64,000 nt of DNA. It comes from Candidatus Pacearchaeota archaeon (GTDB lineage: Archaea > Nanobdellota > Nanobdellia > Pacearchaeales > GW2011-AR1). Shown here piece by piece: positions 39,501 through 46,962 of the stretch. The position numbers and the translations under genes are program-made. The notes beneath the pieces are model-generated. The model made no database searches. It was not told the DNA's origin and saw only the letters and a program-made list of their open reading frames with translations. How positions within the stretch are numbered: the stretch's first letter is position 1; every line of letters begins with the position of its first letter. The DNA is taken from NCBI GenBank assembly GCA_041659265.1, contig JBAZYP010000003.1, positions 101,221 to 165,220 on the forward strand, written 5' to 3'.

Positions 39501-40937
39501 ATTTGGAATGCAACTTCCAACACATTGTCCATTAGTGCATGTTTGACCTACTTGACAAGTTCCACATGTTCCTCCACATCCATTATCTCCACAAGTCTTT
39601 CCAGCACAATTTGGAATGCAACTTCCAACACATTGTCCATTAGTACATGTTTGACCTACTTGACAAGTTCCACATGTTCCTCCGCATTCATTATCTCCGC
39701 AAGTCTTTCCAAAACAATTAGGTAAACATGATGGCCCACAAACTCCATTATTGCAAAAATTACCAATCATACAAGTCCCACAGCTTCCTGAACATCCATC
39801 AGATCCACAATTTTTTCCAGCACAATTAGGTAGACAACTTTGATAACATAAACCTGATTTACATTCATAATTAGTTGGACATGTTCCGCATGTTCCTCCA
39901 CATCCATTATCTCCACAATATTTTCCAGAACAACTAGGAATACATGATGGATTAGAACATTGATAATTAGAATTACAAACTAATGGAGAAGTGCATGTTC
40001 CACAAAATCCAGAACAACCATCTGGACCACATTGTTTATTGGTGCACGATGGAGTGCAGGTAGTTATACAGTTGCCATTTGAACAGGTTTGACCAATTGG
40101 ACATATTCCACAAGTTAGATAAGATCCACATCCATCAGACCATGAGCCACAAGATTTTCCAAGTATAGGACATGTTGTTGGAGTGCATGGATTAATTGGA
40201 GGAAGAATTGGATTAGTGATTGGTGTTGTAGGGTTTGTTGGATATGAAGGAGGAGTTAATATTGGAAGAGTAAAAATATAATTATAATCAGAAGTTATAT
40301 CACTTGCAGATATTGCAGAATTATATACTCTAACTTCATCTATAGCACCTTTAAATGGATACCATAAACTACTTCTTCCATCACCAAAAGAAAATTTATA
40401 TGTTGAATAATAAGTTACAGTTCCAGGAGCATTTAATGTATTATCTAAAACTCCATCAATATAAATCTTCATAGATGTTCCATCATAAGTAAAGACTAGA
40501 TTATACCAAGTGTTATCAAGAAGTTTTTTTATTGAATAGACTGATTTTTGGGTTCCAGCAATATTCATTGAAAATATTATCCTTCCATCAGACATGAAAC
40601 CAAAATAAGGTAAATGCTGACCCATAAACATATTATATGTATTCAGTGAAGAATATCTTTTAACCCATAAAGAATAAGTCATCTGATTACCTTTTCCTGT
40701 AAGTAAATCTTTTGTTTCTAATCTGGATAAACCATCAAATGACAAGGCTTTTCCATTCTTGCCTTCAATAAAAGTTGTTGTACCAACAACTGTAGCAGGA
40801 TTTGTTGGATTATAAAAATCAATTATGCTATCATCAAATTTATAATGAATTATAGGACTAACAGCGCTAATATTTAAAATATTAGCTAATATTATCCCTA
40901 ATAAGATTACGAATATCCACACTCTTTTACTTGTCAT
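33531..40937 (-). CDS. Giant 2468-aa secreted/surface protein: signal peptide, LamG/concanavalin-A-like jelly-roll domain, Pro/Thr linker, about 8 tandem 36-aa Cys-rich repeats, a long Cys- and N-x-S/T-rich region, and a roughly 1100-aa Cys-poor C-terminal region
   Basis: N-terminal MTSKRVWIFVILLGIILANILNISA. LamG-like WYNLVFTYDGTSMKIYIDGVL. Repeats CxPNCAGKTCGxDGCxGTCGTCQVGQTCTNGQCVGS. Single uninterrupted ORF. Confidence 0.8.
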   Translation of the reverse strand: MTSKRVWIFVILLGIILANILNISAVSPIIHYKFDDSIIDFYNPTNPATVVGTTTFIEGKNGKALSFDGLSRLETKDLLTGKGNQMTYSLWVKRYSSLNTYNMFMGQHLPYFGFMSDGRIIFSMNIAGTQKSVYSIKKLLDNTWYNLVFTYDGTSMKIYIDGVLDNTLNAPGTVTYYSTYKFSFGDGRSSLWYPFKGAIDEVRVYNSAISASDITSDYNYIFTLPILTPPSYPTNPTTPITNPILPPINPCTPTTCPILGKSCGSWSDGCGSYLTCGICPIGQTCSNGNCITTCTPSCTNKQCGPDGCSGFCGTCTSPLVCNSNYQCSNPSCIPSCSGKYCGDNGCGGTCGTCPTNYECKSGLCYQSCLPNCAGKNCGSDGCSGSCGTCMIGNFCNNGVCGPSCLPNCFGKTCGDNECGGTCGTCQVGQTCTNGQCVGSCIPNCAGKTCGDNGCGGTCGTCQVGQTCTNGQCVGSCIPNCAGKTCGSDGCSGTCGTCQVGQTCTNGVCDGTCVPHCSNNIYSCSEDGCGGRCGTWTLVSSIKDECQCEYEIDNLGTLSSLKPVEENEEIKPEVIITQKEPNEKSFGERLVGFNKFIKGLFLGKEKPTITADAITGFAIVDDPGNCSFDCKKGLPWNGTQCSTCSESNCLQYDSSKKNCTSTCTGCQTCNGGACKSKCNYTACQTCSNGNCSSTMPAINGSCSFCFNGQSLSESPNPNLCESCYYNQTSLTSSIIDQCKQKNNCQQCSNGACIHQCWGMAYCSNISTCNTPNPICPVPKKCTQTETKTYRCDISYPPIYNYERTEIPCTASNTCKIFNTSGWYKVTVHSRTDQYTTSYVCSQSGNKCSPPANPPKKCYKQDSLGVISNRDIIVEYSFLPDLVLRDSYSGIFDWAYLRADRISKVCSECETCDINNPNAGCIADSTKNGKSCTFYEKDPYNGKGVIKSGKCSSGICTKVIGKTCSQNNQACSSCEYCKYYNSEKIIKKGNDFVYLNIKPGKLITEPIVISNPFDVPIKYEVILKSVYYDTSQILIGVEASNFINEPIKGTILAKQNKIINFNYATNFLDYSFVFEIKKSIPQKGINKLDLSVPGGMNCIKILYDSKAESVCLTRQKTINHIIKIMQNIYPLPFRSFNIFDFATSSYNGYIQKYCKTRFETRYGLSNYPVALNRDNRKVCSGTVGFESCVNNYINNNPLECSISSDISDTYNFVFKAEPKESFNGTCLKVPIFNNCSISGKIGCCNGSESTRSSCKIINDSCTSNSQCGCNQYCNKGESYVRNMWKNGSNGTSVQWIYARNFEVGKLFNGSIELFNYLDINLTYHIHPPTGSFIIGDYNVTLKPNETRYMNFTSVMPSIETTSTFNVNYIYSVPQSCGNIIFTTDNPSDCTLCNRIIPLLNNLSLYSSSISVIIKYTTNETNSSYQPRLDFYNDCNSLTYTAINGTQTSAGAEIFTLINDYLKTNQLCTTFTSKSTEIKLLKSPRINSCQTGTCNITPELTWTNIEFLVSPTTSEKDVFFLPYNEYNIFVLRGATKSAGSCSLLLTNSDNTITTKSLSNNPNGYFREIFNGYFSKKMLTLKCPTCNSEKALCITDLKLNPSLEFSCGTGYLYDVGFTGKVITDPEVCPINYYSVYKEFDDKPRSFNYGPDGATYQEIADYYFSRLPIIKVNAQNMQGRFVDYNIHPKDAWAKLMKAIDLSSKTALRTDITKEQKFEYIRNYNLISDAEMKALEKLKIVRKVQISYPIVNDYGVADPKTIFSMCFSFFKDLQVAAGKRTTPEDVYIHENLKVKTSFKAKKDKVYEGGHGAYHLVIVGWYVHDSQIVSVSDETVGSDYIEMANGYNGNAALMQTMLELPFYFTGGVNAIRYKLNPEEYDSMTDAVLTDVGEGLFNIATGAVLSKALPFTLRIIKRVGTNILTRVGVLESKVADEVILVLKTTPAPDGTSRWRIFRGKSTATAAEIESSAVDVAEEIIDLVERTHAEKMYRSLSKLTKAEADIFYKQYDAMKVIRNMEDPFAATNQLKNLLETPTGTGFFNNPSLQVRKSGTIIIEEADIVKINSGLKRKYPTRAENILRNHADFSNLKFEPAANGGTITFPDIKVRVKNPDGTTALRNLIDDTGVERELEKVYFKELKTLTDRARRMQFGSKKLTDVSALTEDFKDYVLNNYQGEELSKILSDIDSADIVDIFNPEEMTNAFIREHPDARRALMKYYNSEPAARFSQSAIHPISQSRVVASADLVENAEVVFIDYANAANEKLRPYAVYTKQKILNKVGRAETYNIQIDGKVAGSMSTFDSPTGDFFGNLREIGRWGTSKDASLIIRRNEMYGMFDEILSESVLNPVSGKEYSKMISVTLPEHQRAYIGMLDPALVKKYTNIDNAGAFDVTDRVIAELAKPISERNPAFYTIQNTPSGPIYHELYRLESDGTVSLVIRNPETFVEDTFTPAAFTEYRNPDAMRQFIKTRIFTE
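39422..39745. repeat. Three near-identical 108-bp tandem DNA repeats inside the giant gene, each encoding one 36-aa Cys-rich module
   Basis: Read directly: CATTAGT(R)CATGTTTGACCTACTTGACAAGTTCCACATGTTCC ... CACAAGTCTTTCCAGCACAATTTGGAATGCAACTTCCAACACATTGTC repeated at 39422, 39530 and 39638. Confidence 0.8.
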
Positions 40938-41034
40938 CCATTATTTTAAAAGATAGACTAATATTTAAATTCTATTATAATAAAATAAAAAAAGATTCAC
41001 AACACTTAAAAATATCAATTACCTTAAATAGATT

Positions 41035-41937
41035 ATGGAACAAATGAATCGAACCTCTTTTTATGATCAAATTTCTTCGAATAAATGGAAATCTGTTGTT
41101 TTAATGTCATTAGTATTTATTGTTTTAATTGCAATTGGAGCTATTATTGGTTTAGTTTTAGGTCCAGATTATTTTTTCTTTATAATGATTATTTCAATAA
41201 TAATTTCTATTGTCTATATCTGGATGGGTTATTTTCATTCAGCAGATTTAGCAATAGCTTCTGTTGGAGCAAAGATTGCAGATAGGGTTCATTACAAACA
41301 ATATTATCATTCAGTTGAAGGTTTAACTATGGCTTCAGGTTTACCAATGCCAAAATTATATGTTATGGAAGATAATAATATTAATGCATTTGCTTCAGGA
41401 AGAGACCCAGAACATGCTGTTATTTGTATAACTACTGGTGCTTATAATAAACTTTCAAAACAAGAATTAGAAGGAGTTTTAAGTCATGAACTTTCTCACA
41501 TAGCTAATTATGATATAAGGTTCATGACTCTAACTGCAATATTAGTTGGAATGATTGCAATAATTTCTGAAATATTTTTAAGAAGTTTATGGTTTAAAGA
41601 TTCAGGTTCAGATGATAATGGTTGGAATTTAGCATTAATAATAATTGGTATTGCTATGGCAATAATTGCCCCTATCATTGTTAAATTAGTTCAATTAGCA
41701 ATCTCTAGAAAAAGGGAATACATGGCAGATGCTTCCGCAGTTAAATTCACAAGATTCCCAACTGGTTTAGTTGGTGCATTAAAAAAAATAAAGACTGAAA
41801 CATCCGCTCCTGCTGAAAAAGTATCTTCAGCTATTGCTCCATTATTTATGGCAGACCCATTCAAGAGAAATTTCGATGGCCTTTTTTCAACTCATCCACC
41901 TCTTGAAAAAAGAATAGCAATGTTGGAACGTATGTAG
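41035..41937 (+). CDS. htpX: HtpX-like M48 zinc metalloprotease (membrane)
   Basis: LEGVLSHELSHIANYD contains the HExxH site within the typical HtpX membrane topology. Confidence 0.8.
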   Translation: MEQMNRTSFYDQISSNKWKSVVLMSLVFIVLIAIGAIIGLVLGPDYFFFIMIISIIISIVYIWMGYFHSADLAIASVGAKIADRVHYKQYYHSVEGLTMASGLPMPKLYVMEDNNINAFASGRDPEHAVICITTGAYNKLSKQELEGVLSHELSHIANYDIRFMTLTAILVGMIAIISEIFLRSLWFKDSGSDDNGWNLALIIIGIAMAIIAPIIVKLVQLAISRKREYMADASAVKFTRFPTGLVGALKKIKTETSAPAEKVSSAIAPLFMADPFKRNFDGLFSTHPPLEKRIAMLERM

Positions 41938-41979
41938 TTATATAACATCAAAACCATTCTGGTTTTGAATTTTATAGAT

Positions 41980-42168
41980 TCAGAAGAACATAATAAAACA
42001 TCCACCAAAAAATATTAAAAATATCAAAACCGCAATTATTTGAAACCCAATTTTAATATACCTTCTTCTAATAATAAATATACCATAATGTCTATAAATA
42101 AAGAAATATGTTACAGGAATAAGTAACGTTAATACAATTGTATATTCGCCAATTCTTAAAGAATCCAT
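41980..42168 (-). CDS. Small membrane protein, 62 aa
   Basis: Hydrophobic. Confidence 0.25.
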   Translation of the reverse strand: MDSLRIGEYTIVLTLLIPVTYFFIYRHYGIFIIRRRYIKIGFQIIAVLIFLIFFGGCFIMFF

Positions 42169-42289
42169 AATAACTATTAATAAAAATTAGAATATCACTA
42201 ATAAGAAAAATATCCCAATACCAATAAATATATCTAATATCCTTTTCTTATTAGAATCATAATAATCTAAACCTTGTTCTTCAAACATT

Positions 42290-42706
42290 TCAAATCTTTC
42301 CTTTCATTATTCTATTGACATAATAAGCCCAAACAATAGTAATTAAAAGTATTAAATAAGCAATTGAAAAATACATATGAGGTTTAGTATAGGCCATTGC
42401 CTTGAATACAACAATCAATAGTAATAATAATGGTGATATGAATGCAAGACTAAAACTACCTAGTAAAATAAATTCACTTTTCTTATATAAAAATAAACCT
42501 ATTAATAATACGATAGTTAAACCAATTGAAGAAGGAATTCCTGTAATATTCATATTCATTCTTTTTTCTAAAATCATTCCACCAAACATAAATAATGATT
42601 GGATTATAACTACAATAACAATACCAATAAAGAAATATTTTAAGACATTATTTTCTTCAGATTTATTTTTTGAAACTGGTTTCTTATTTACAACCTTCTT
42701 TTTCAT
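42290..42706 (-). CDS. Membrane protein, 138 aa
   Basis: K-rich N-terminus followed by 3-4 TM helices. Confidence 0.35.
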   Translation of the reverse strand: MKKKVVNKKPVSKNKSEENNVLKYFFIGIVIVVIIQSLFMFGGMILEKRMNMNITGIPSSIGLTIVLLIGLFLYKKSEFILLGSFSLAFISPLLLLLIVVFKAMAYTKPHMYFSIAYLILLITIVWAYYVNRIMKGKI

Positions 42707-42751
42707 TTAATAATAAGGAGAATTTTATTTAAATACCTTTCTAAAAGATTT

Positions 42752-43543
42752 CTAATATTTTTTTATTAACTTTAAACAATTTCTAAAAATTTCTTTTTCT
42801 CTATTGAAAAATATAACAAAATATATCACACATATTAATGAAAATATCTGGAAAAAGGTTAGTCCGAATAATATTACTTTTTCAATTCTAATAAATTCAA
42901 TAAAAAATCTAAAAGTAAAATAACTTATCATTAATTGTCTGAATAATTCACCAGGTTTAGGATTTTGTCTTTTTGCATATAATAAATAAAAAAACATTAT
43001 TAACATAAAAATAGATTCATATATTTGAGTAGGATGTCTTAAGATCTTATCACCAAAATCAACCCCCCAAGGTAATGTTGTTGGTTTCCCATAACAACAT
43101 CCTCTCAAAAAACAACCAATTCTTCCAATTGCTACACCTAATGCAATTGCAGGAGCAAATAAATTTCCTTTTCTTTCTTTTAATTTTAAATGTTTTTTAG
43201 CTATAAAAACTCCAATCATTCCACCGATTAATCCTCCGGTTATTGTCCTTCCAGAAAGAATCACCATGGGGTTTGTTATATTCGCAAGTATAAACTTATA
43301 ATTTAATATCCATATTGGTAATTTAGCACCAATTGCTCCACCAACTATTGCCGCAAGAGCAATATAAAATGTATTTTCATTTGCACTTTTATTTTTTCTA
43401 GCTTCAAGATAATAAATATAAGAACCAACAACAATTGCTAAAAGCATAAATGTCCCATAAGAAGGAATTTTTATTCCAAAAAAATTAAATAAATAAGGAT
43501 AAACTCCCCAATCATCTCCAGGAATTAAATGTTCATCAATCAT
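42752..43543 (-). CDS. lgt: Prolipoprotein diacylglyceryl transferase (Lgt) homolog
   Basis: AIGRIGCFLRGCCYGK vs the E. coli Lgt signature GLGRLGNFINGELWGR. ILRHPTQIYESIFML vs LPRHPSQLYELLLEG. SYFTFRFFIEFIRIE vs GYGAFRIIVEFFRQP. Confidence 0.85.
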   Translation of the reverse strand: MIDEHLIPGDDWGVYPYLFNFFGIKIPSYGTFMLLAIVVGSYIYYLEARKNKSANENTFYIALAAIVGGAIGAKLPIWILNYKFILANITNPMVILSGRTITGGLIGGMIGVFIAKKHLKLKERKGNLFAPAIALGVAIGRIGCFLRGCCYGKPTTLPWGVDFGDKILRHPTQIYESIFMLIMFFYLLYAKRQNPKPGELFRQLMISYFTFRFFIEFIRIEKVILFGLTFFQIFSLICVIYFVIFFNREKEIFRNCLKLIKKY

Positions 43544-44085
43544 TTTTTATGTTTAAAGACACAACATCCAGTTGTCATGCAATTATATATTTTTATTCCA
43601 CCACAAAAACCAAAACTTGATGCTGTCTTTAACAAAGCTAAAAAGAATAATATAACAAATCCAATTCTTTCATTAATATAATACAAAAATATTAATGCAA
43701 TAAAACTAAATATTGCCCCTAATAGATTAGCAAAAATAACAGCCTTTCTATCATAAGTATCTTTTTTAGATTTCATTAATTTTTCTACTGTATTTTCAAA
43801 TAATAATACAAATGGATTATATTCAGTTTTTAATGTAACTGCAATAAGAATTAAAACAAATCCTAATAAAGCAATTTCTTTAATTTGAAAAATTATTGCA
43901 AGGAAGTATAAAATAGCTATTATAATTTTTGAAAATCCTAGCGAATATCTTGATATTGAAAAAAATCTTTCATTAGTAAATCCGCCAGCTTTAATAATAG
44001 TATCAACAATTCTTTTTTTATCATCGCAAAGATCTTTATAAGACTCTTGATATACTCTTTTTGCTATTTTTTCTCTATCACTCAT
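43540..44085 (-). CDS. Membrane protein (4 TM) with a Cys-rich C-terminal tail
   Basis: C-terminus FGFCGGIKIYNCMTTGCCVFKHKK. Start overlaps the lgt stop. Confidence 0.4.
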   Translation of the reverse strand: MSDREKIAKRVYQESYKDLCDDKKRIVDTIIKAGGFTNERFFSISRYSLGFSKIIIAILYFLAIIFQIKEIALLGFVLILIAVTLKTEYNPFVLLFENTVEKLMKSKKDTYDRKAVIFANLLGAIFSFIALIFLYYINERIGFVILFFLALLKTASSFGFCGGIKIYNCMTTGCCVFKHKK

Positions 44086-44090
44086 TTTTA

Positions 44091-44738
44091 TTATCTTTTA
44101 TAAAATATCTTATTTAAATTAGGAAAAAACATTCCTACATTATTCTGATATTCTTTATAATTTTTAAACTCTTCTTTCAATAATTTCTCTTCTTGTTTAG
44201 CCCTATAATACATGAATGGAACAAATACAAATGTATTTATTAAAAAACACATGTAATTAGAATAAGCTAGACTTCCTCCATAAAACATCCAGATTAATGA
44301 AGCATATAATGGATGCCTTACAATAGAATATAATCCACTTGTTACAAGGGTATGATCTTTATAGATTTTAATTTGATTGGACCAGTTTTTTCCTAGATTA
44401 AATCTACCTTTAACATTAAAATAAGCACCAAAGACAATCAAGAAAGTTCCAAATATAAGCATAATTAATCTTAGATTAACATTCTTTATTTCAAAATTAC
44501 CTATTCCAAACCTAATAAGGTTTGAATATATAAAAAAGAATAAGAACATGCTTCCTGTTTCAACAATAGATTTCTTTTTCTTTTTTTCATTCTTTCTTGG
44601 ATGAAATTCAATAAAATCAATTATTATAGCAACAATAACAACTAACATTGATAACATAATTAATAATGACATGGATAATGTAAATATTCCAATAGGAGTT
44701 TTTACAAGTTCTTTAACAATCTCAATATTTTTTATCAT
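44091..44738 (-). CDS. Isoprenylcysteine carboxyl methyltransferase (ICMT)/phospholipid methyltransferase-family membrane methyltransferase
   Basis: LVTSGLYSIVRHPLYASLIWMFYGG ... EEKLLKEEF is the C-terminal ICMT-family signature (RHPxY ... E). Confidence 0.65.
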   Translation of the reverse strand: MIKNIEIVKELVKTPIGIFTLSMSLLIMLSMLVVIVAIIIDFIEFHPRKNEKKKKKSIVETGSMFLFFFIYSNLIRFGIGNFEIKNVNLRLIMLIFGTFLIVFGAYFNVKGRFNLGKNWSNQIKIYKDHTLVTSGLYSIVRHPLYASLIWMFYGGSLAYSNYMCFLINTFVFVPFMYYRAKQEEKLLKEEFKNYKEYQNNVGMFFPNLNKIFYKR

Positions 44739-44739
44739 A

Positions 44740-45021
44740 TTAATTATATTTTTTATTGATCTGCTCTATTCTCTTTTTAATTATATAATAAGTTATTAAG
44801 AATATTATAAGAAAAATTGAAAAAACAAAAATCATTGATAGGGATTGATTATCAAACATATTTTTTAAATAGGGATTTGTTTCAGCAAAATCTACTAATA
44901 TTACTCCAACAAAACCAACAGGAATGCACGAACCAACAAAAACTAATGGTCCTACAATAAATATTGTCAATAAAATTAATATCATTCTTGTTACAGGCCT
45001 CTTAATTTTTTCTTCATCCAT
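44740..45021 (-). CDS. Small two-TM protein, paralog 1 of a six-member tandem family (lipobox-like VGSC motif, C-terminal KKYN)
   Basis: MDEEKIKRPVTRMILILLTIFIVGPLVFVGSCIPVG ... KKYN. Confidence 0.5.
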   Translation of the reverse strand: MDEEKIKRPVTRMILILLTIFIVGPLVFVGSCIPVGFVGVILVDFAETNPYLKNMFDNQSLSMIFVFSIFLIIFLITYYIIKKRIEQINKKYN

Positions 45022-45490
45022 ATTTTTCTTTGATAAATTTAATTGTTTTTATTACAACAAAAAATGCTAAAATAGTCCCTATTACTAATCCTGCTAGAAG
45101 ATATACCTCTGCTTTTGTGCTATAAATGTTCTGAGTAGTTACACCATAAAATCCAATAGGAAAACATGATCCAACAAAAACTAATGGTCCCAATATAAAA
45201 ATAGTTATTAAAATTCTTATTTTAATTTCAATTCCACTTTTTGTTTCTCTATTTTTGCTATTAGCATAAATATTATCAAAATGGAAATATAATCCACTTA
45301 ATACAAGAATAATCGATATAATAAAAATTAGAATCTGAATTAATTTTAAAATAAAATAAAAATCACGGAATTGACTAGTTCTAATAAACTCAATAATTAA
45401 AAATAAAATTAAATTTATAAATAAAATTAAAAAAAAATAATTTAATAATTTGCCTTTTTGTCCTTGATTATTAATATTTTTTTCATCCAT
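45014..45490 (-). CDS. Paralog 2, with an extra N-terminal TM region and an internal GPLVFVGSCFP motif
   Basis: ILGPLVFVGSCFPIGFYG ... IKEKYG. Confidence 0.45.
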   Translation of the reverse strand: MDEKNINNQGQKGKLLNYFFLILFINLILFLIIEFIRTSQFRDFYFILKLIQILIFIISIILVLSGLYFHFDNIYANSKNRETKSGIEIKIRILITIFILGPLVFVGSCFPIGFYGVTTQNIYSTKAEVYLLAGLVIGTILAFFVVIKTIKFIKEKYG

Positions 45491-45923
45491 TTTTTAAATC
45501 TTTAATAAATTTATATATAAAAAATAATGCTAGAAAACAAAATAGGAAAAATGACAGATATCCAGTTATCTCTTCTCTTGATTCTTTTGGAAATATTGAA
45601 GAATAGGTAAAAAAAGGAATTAATACTAATAACATATATCCTATAAAAAAATAAATAATATAATTATTAAAGAACTTTTTAATTATATATTTGGATTTTG
45701 TTGGATCCTGTTTATAGAATTTTAATATTTTTAAAATCAAAAATGCAGATATTAAGCCACAAAATAATGAAAGAAAAGGTAAAATTAAATCATAATTATT
45801 AAAATACGTGCTAGAGATTCCTAGGGGTAAGCAAGAACCTAAAAATATTAAAGGACCAATTAAAAATAAAATTAAGATAACAAATAAAACTTTTGATATT
45901 TTAGATTTTTTTCCTTCATCCAT
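45483..45923 (-). CDS. Paralog 3, with a C-terminal extension
   Basis: MDEGKKSKISKVLFVILILFLIGPLIFLGSCLPLG. Confidence 0.45.
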   Translation of the reverse strand: MDEGKKSKISKVLFVILILFLIGPLIFLGSCLPLGISSTYFNNYDLILPFLSLFCGLISAFLILKILKFYKQDPTKSKYIIKKFFNNYIIYFFIGYMLLVLIPFFTYSSIFPKESREEITGYLSFFLFCFLALFFIYKFIKDLKNG

Positions 45924-46164
45924 ATTTTTTATTAATTAACTTAATCAAATAAAAAACAACTAATATTCCTAAACCTAATCCAACTATCCATGACCCATAA
46001 AAGATTATCATTCCAAAGAATTCAGAACTTCCGCCTTCAGATAAAGTAAAACCAAATAAACCTAAAGGAAAACATGCCCCAACAAAAACTAATGGTCCTA
46101 CAATAAATATTGTCATTAATATTAAAATTATCTTCAATCCCGAACTTTTTTTATTCTTAACCAT
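45916..46164 (-). CDS. Paralog 4
   Basis: MVKNKKSSGLKIILILMTIFIVGPLVFVGACFPLG ... INKKYG. Confidence 0.5.
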   Translation of the reverse strand: MVKNKKSSGLKIILILMTIFIVGPLVFVGACFPLGLFGFTLSEGGSSEFFGMIIFYGSWIVGLGLGILVVFYLIKLINKKYG

Positions 46165-46624
46165 ATTTTCTAATAATTTTATTTATTATAATATAAGCTA
46201 TAGATAATATAACTATAACTCCAAAAGATCCGATAATTAGGGTTGGTGAGGAAATAATCCTAAAAATATCTTGAAAAGATATAACTTCTCTAAGTAAATA
46301 AAAAAAGATTATTAATAAAACCAATAATAATAAACCAAAAATTATTTTTATATGAAGATCAATTTTACCAACTTCATAATATTTTTTTATAGCTTTAATT
46401 GTTTTTATTACAACGTATATAGCTAAACCTAATCCAATTATCCATGATGCAAAAAATAATCCAATCCATAAATTTGCTATAGTTCCTCCTCTTTCATAAG
46501 AATTCATAAAACCAAGCATACCTACAGGAAAACATGCTCCAAAAAAAACAAGTGGCCCTACAATAAAAATTGCAAGGAATATGAGAACAATTCTACTGGT
46601 TGGAATTTTTTCACTTTTACCCAT
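46157..46624 (-). CDS. Paralog 5, with a C-terminal extension
   Basis: MGKSEKIPTSRIVLIFLAIFIVGPLVFFGACFPVG ... IIRKYG. Confidence 0.5.
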   Translation of the reverse strand: MGKSEKIPTSRIVLIFLAIFIVGPLVFFGACFPVGMLGFMNSYERGGTIANLWIGLFFASWIIGLGLAIYVVIKTIKAIKKYYEVGKIDLHIKIIFGLLLLVLLIIFFYLLREVISFQDIFRIISSPTLIIGSFGVIVILSIAYIIINKIIRKYG

Positions 46625-46697
46625 AAATACTAATATGCATTTGAGCTTATAAATATTGTTTATTTTATAATCTTAATAATTTTCTTTTTATTTTCTA

Positions 46698-46937
46698 TTA
46701 ACTAGTTTCATTAGAATTTTTATTAATTAAATAGAATAAACCAATAATGATTAAAGCAGTTATTAATATGGCTATCAGGACAGCTATTGAGAGATTTTCC
46801 GGGAATTGAACTCCTCCGTCCGAATATAAACTTAATCCAAATAAAACCGGAATACAAGATCCAACAAATACAATAGGTGCAATTATGAATAATACTAAAA
46901 TCATCAAAATTAGTTCTTTTAATTTTTTATTCATCAT
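46698..46937 (-). CDS. Paralog 6
   Basis: MMNKKLKELILMILVLFIIAPIVFVGSCIPV. Confidence 0.45.
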   Translation of the reverse strand: MMNKKLKELILMILVLFIIAPIVFVGSCIPVLFGLSLYSDGGVQFPENLSIAVLIAILITALIIIGLFYLINKNSNETS

Positions 46938-46962
46938 TTTTATGATATTTAAATAATTTAAT

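Noticed and set aside
35083-39725. Several plus-strand ORFs (35083..35373, 35375..35563, 35478..35744, 37159..37371, 38415..38753, 39025..39303, 39525..39725) and minus-strand 38327..38695 and 38807..39091 inside the giant gene
   Set aside because: They are shadow ORFs inside or antisense to a single uninterrupted 7.4-kb reading frame with coherent domain architecture. Their low-complexity S/T/C-rich translations come from the Cys-codon repeats.
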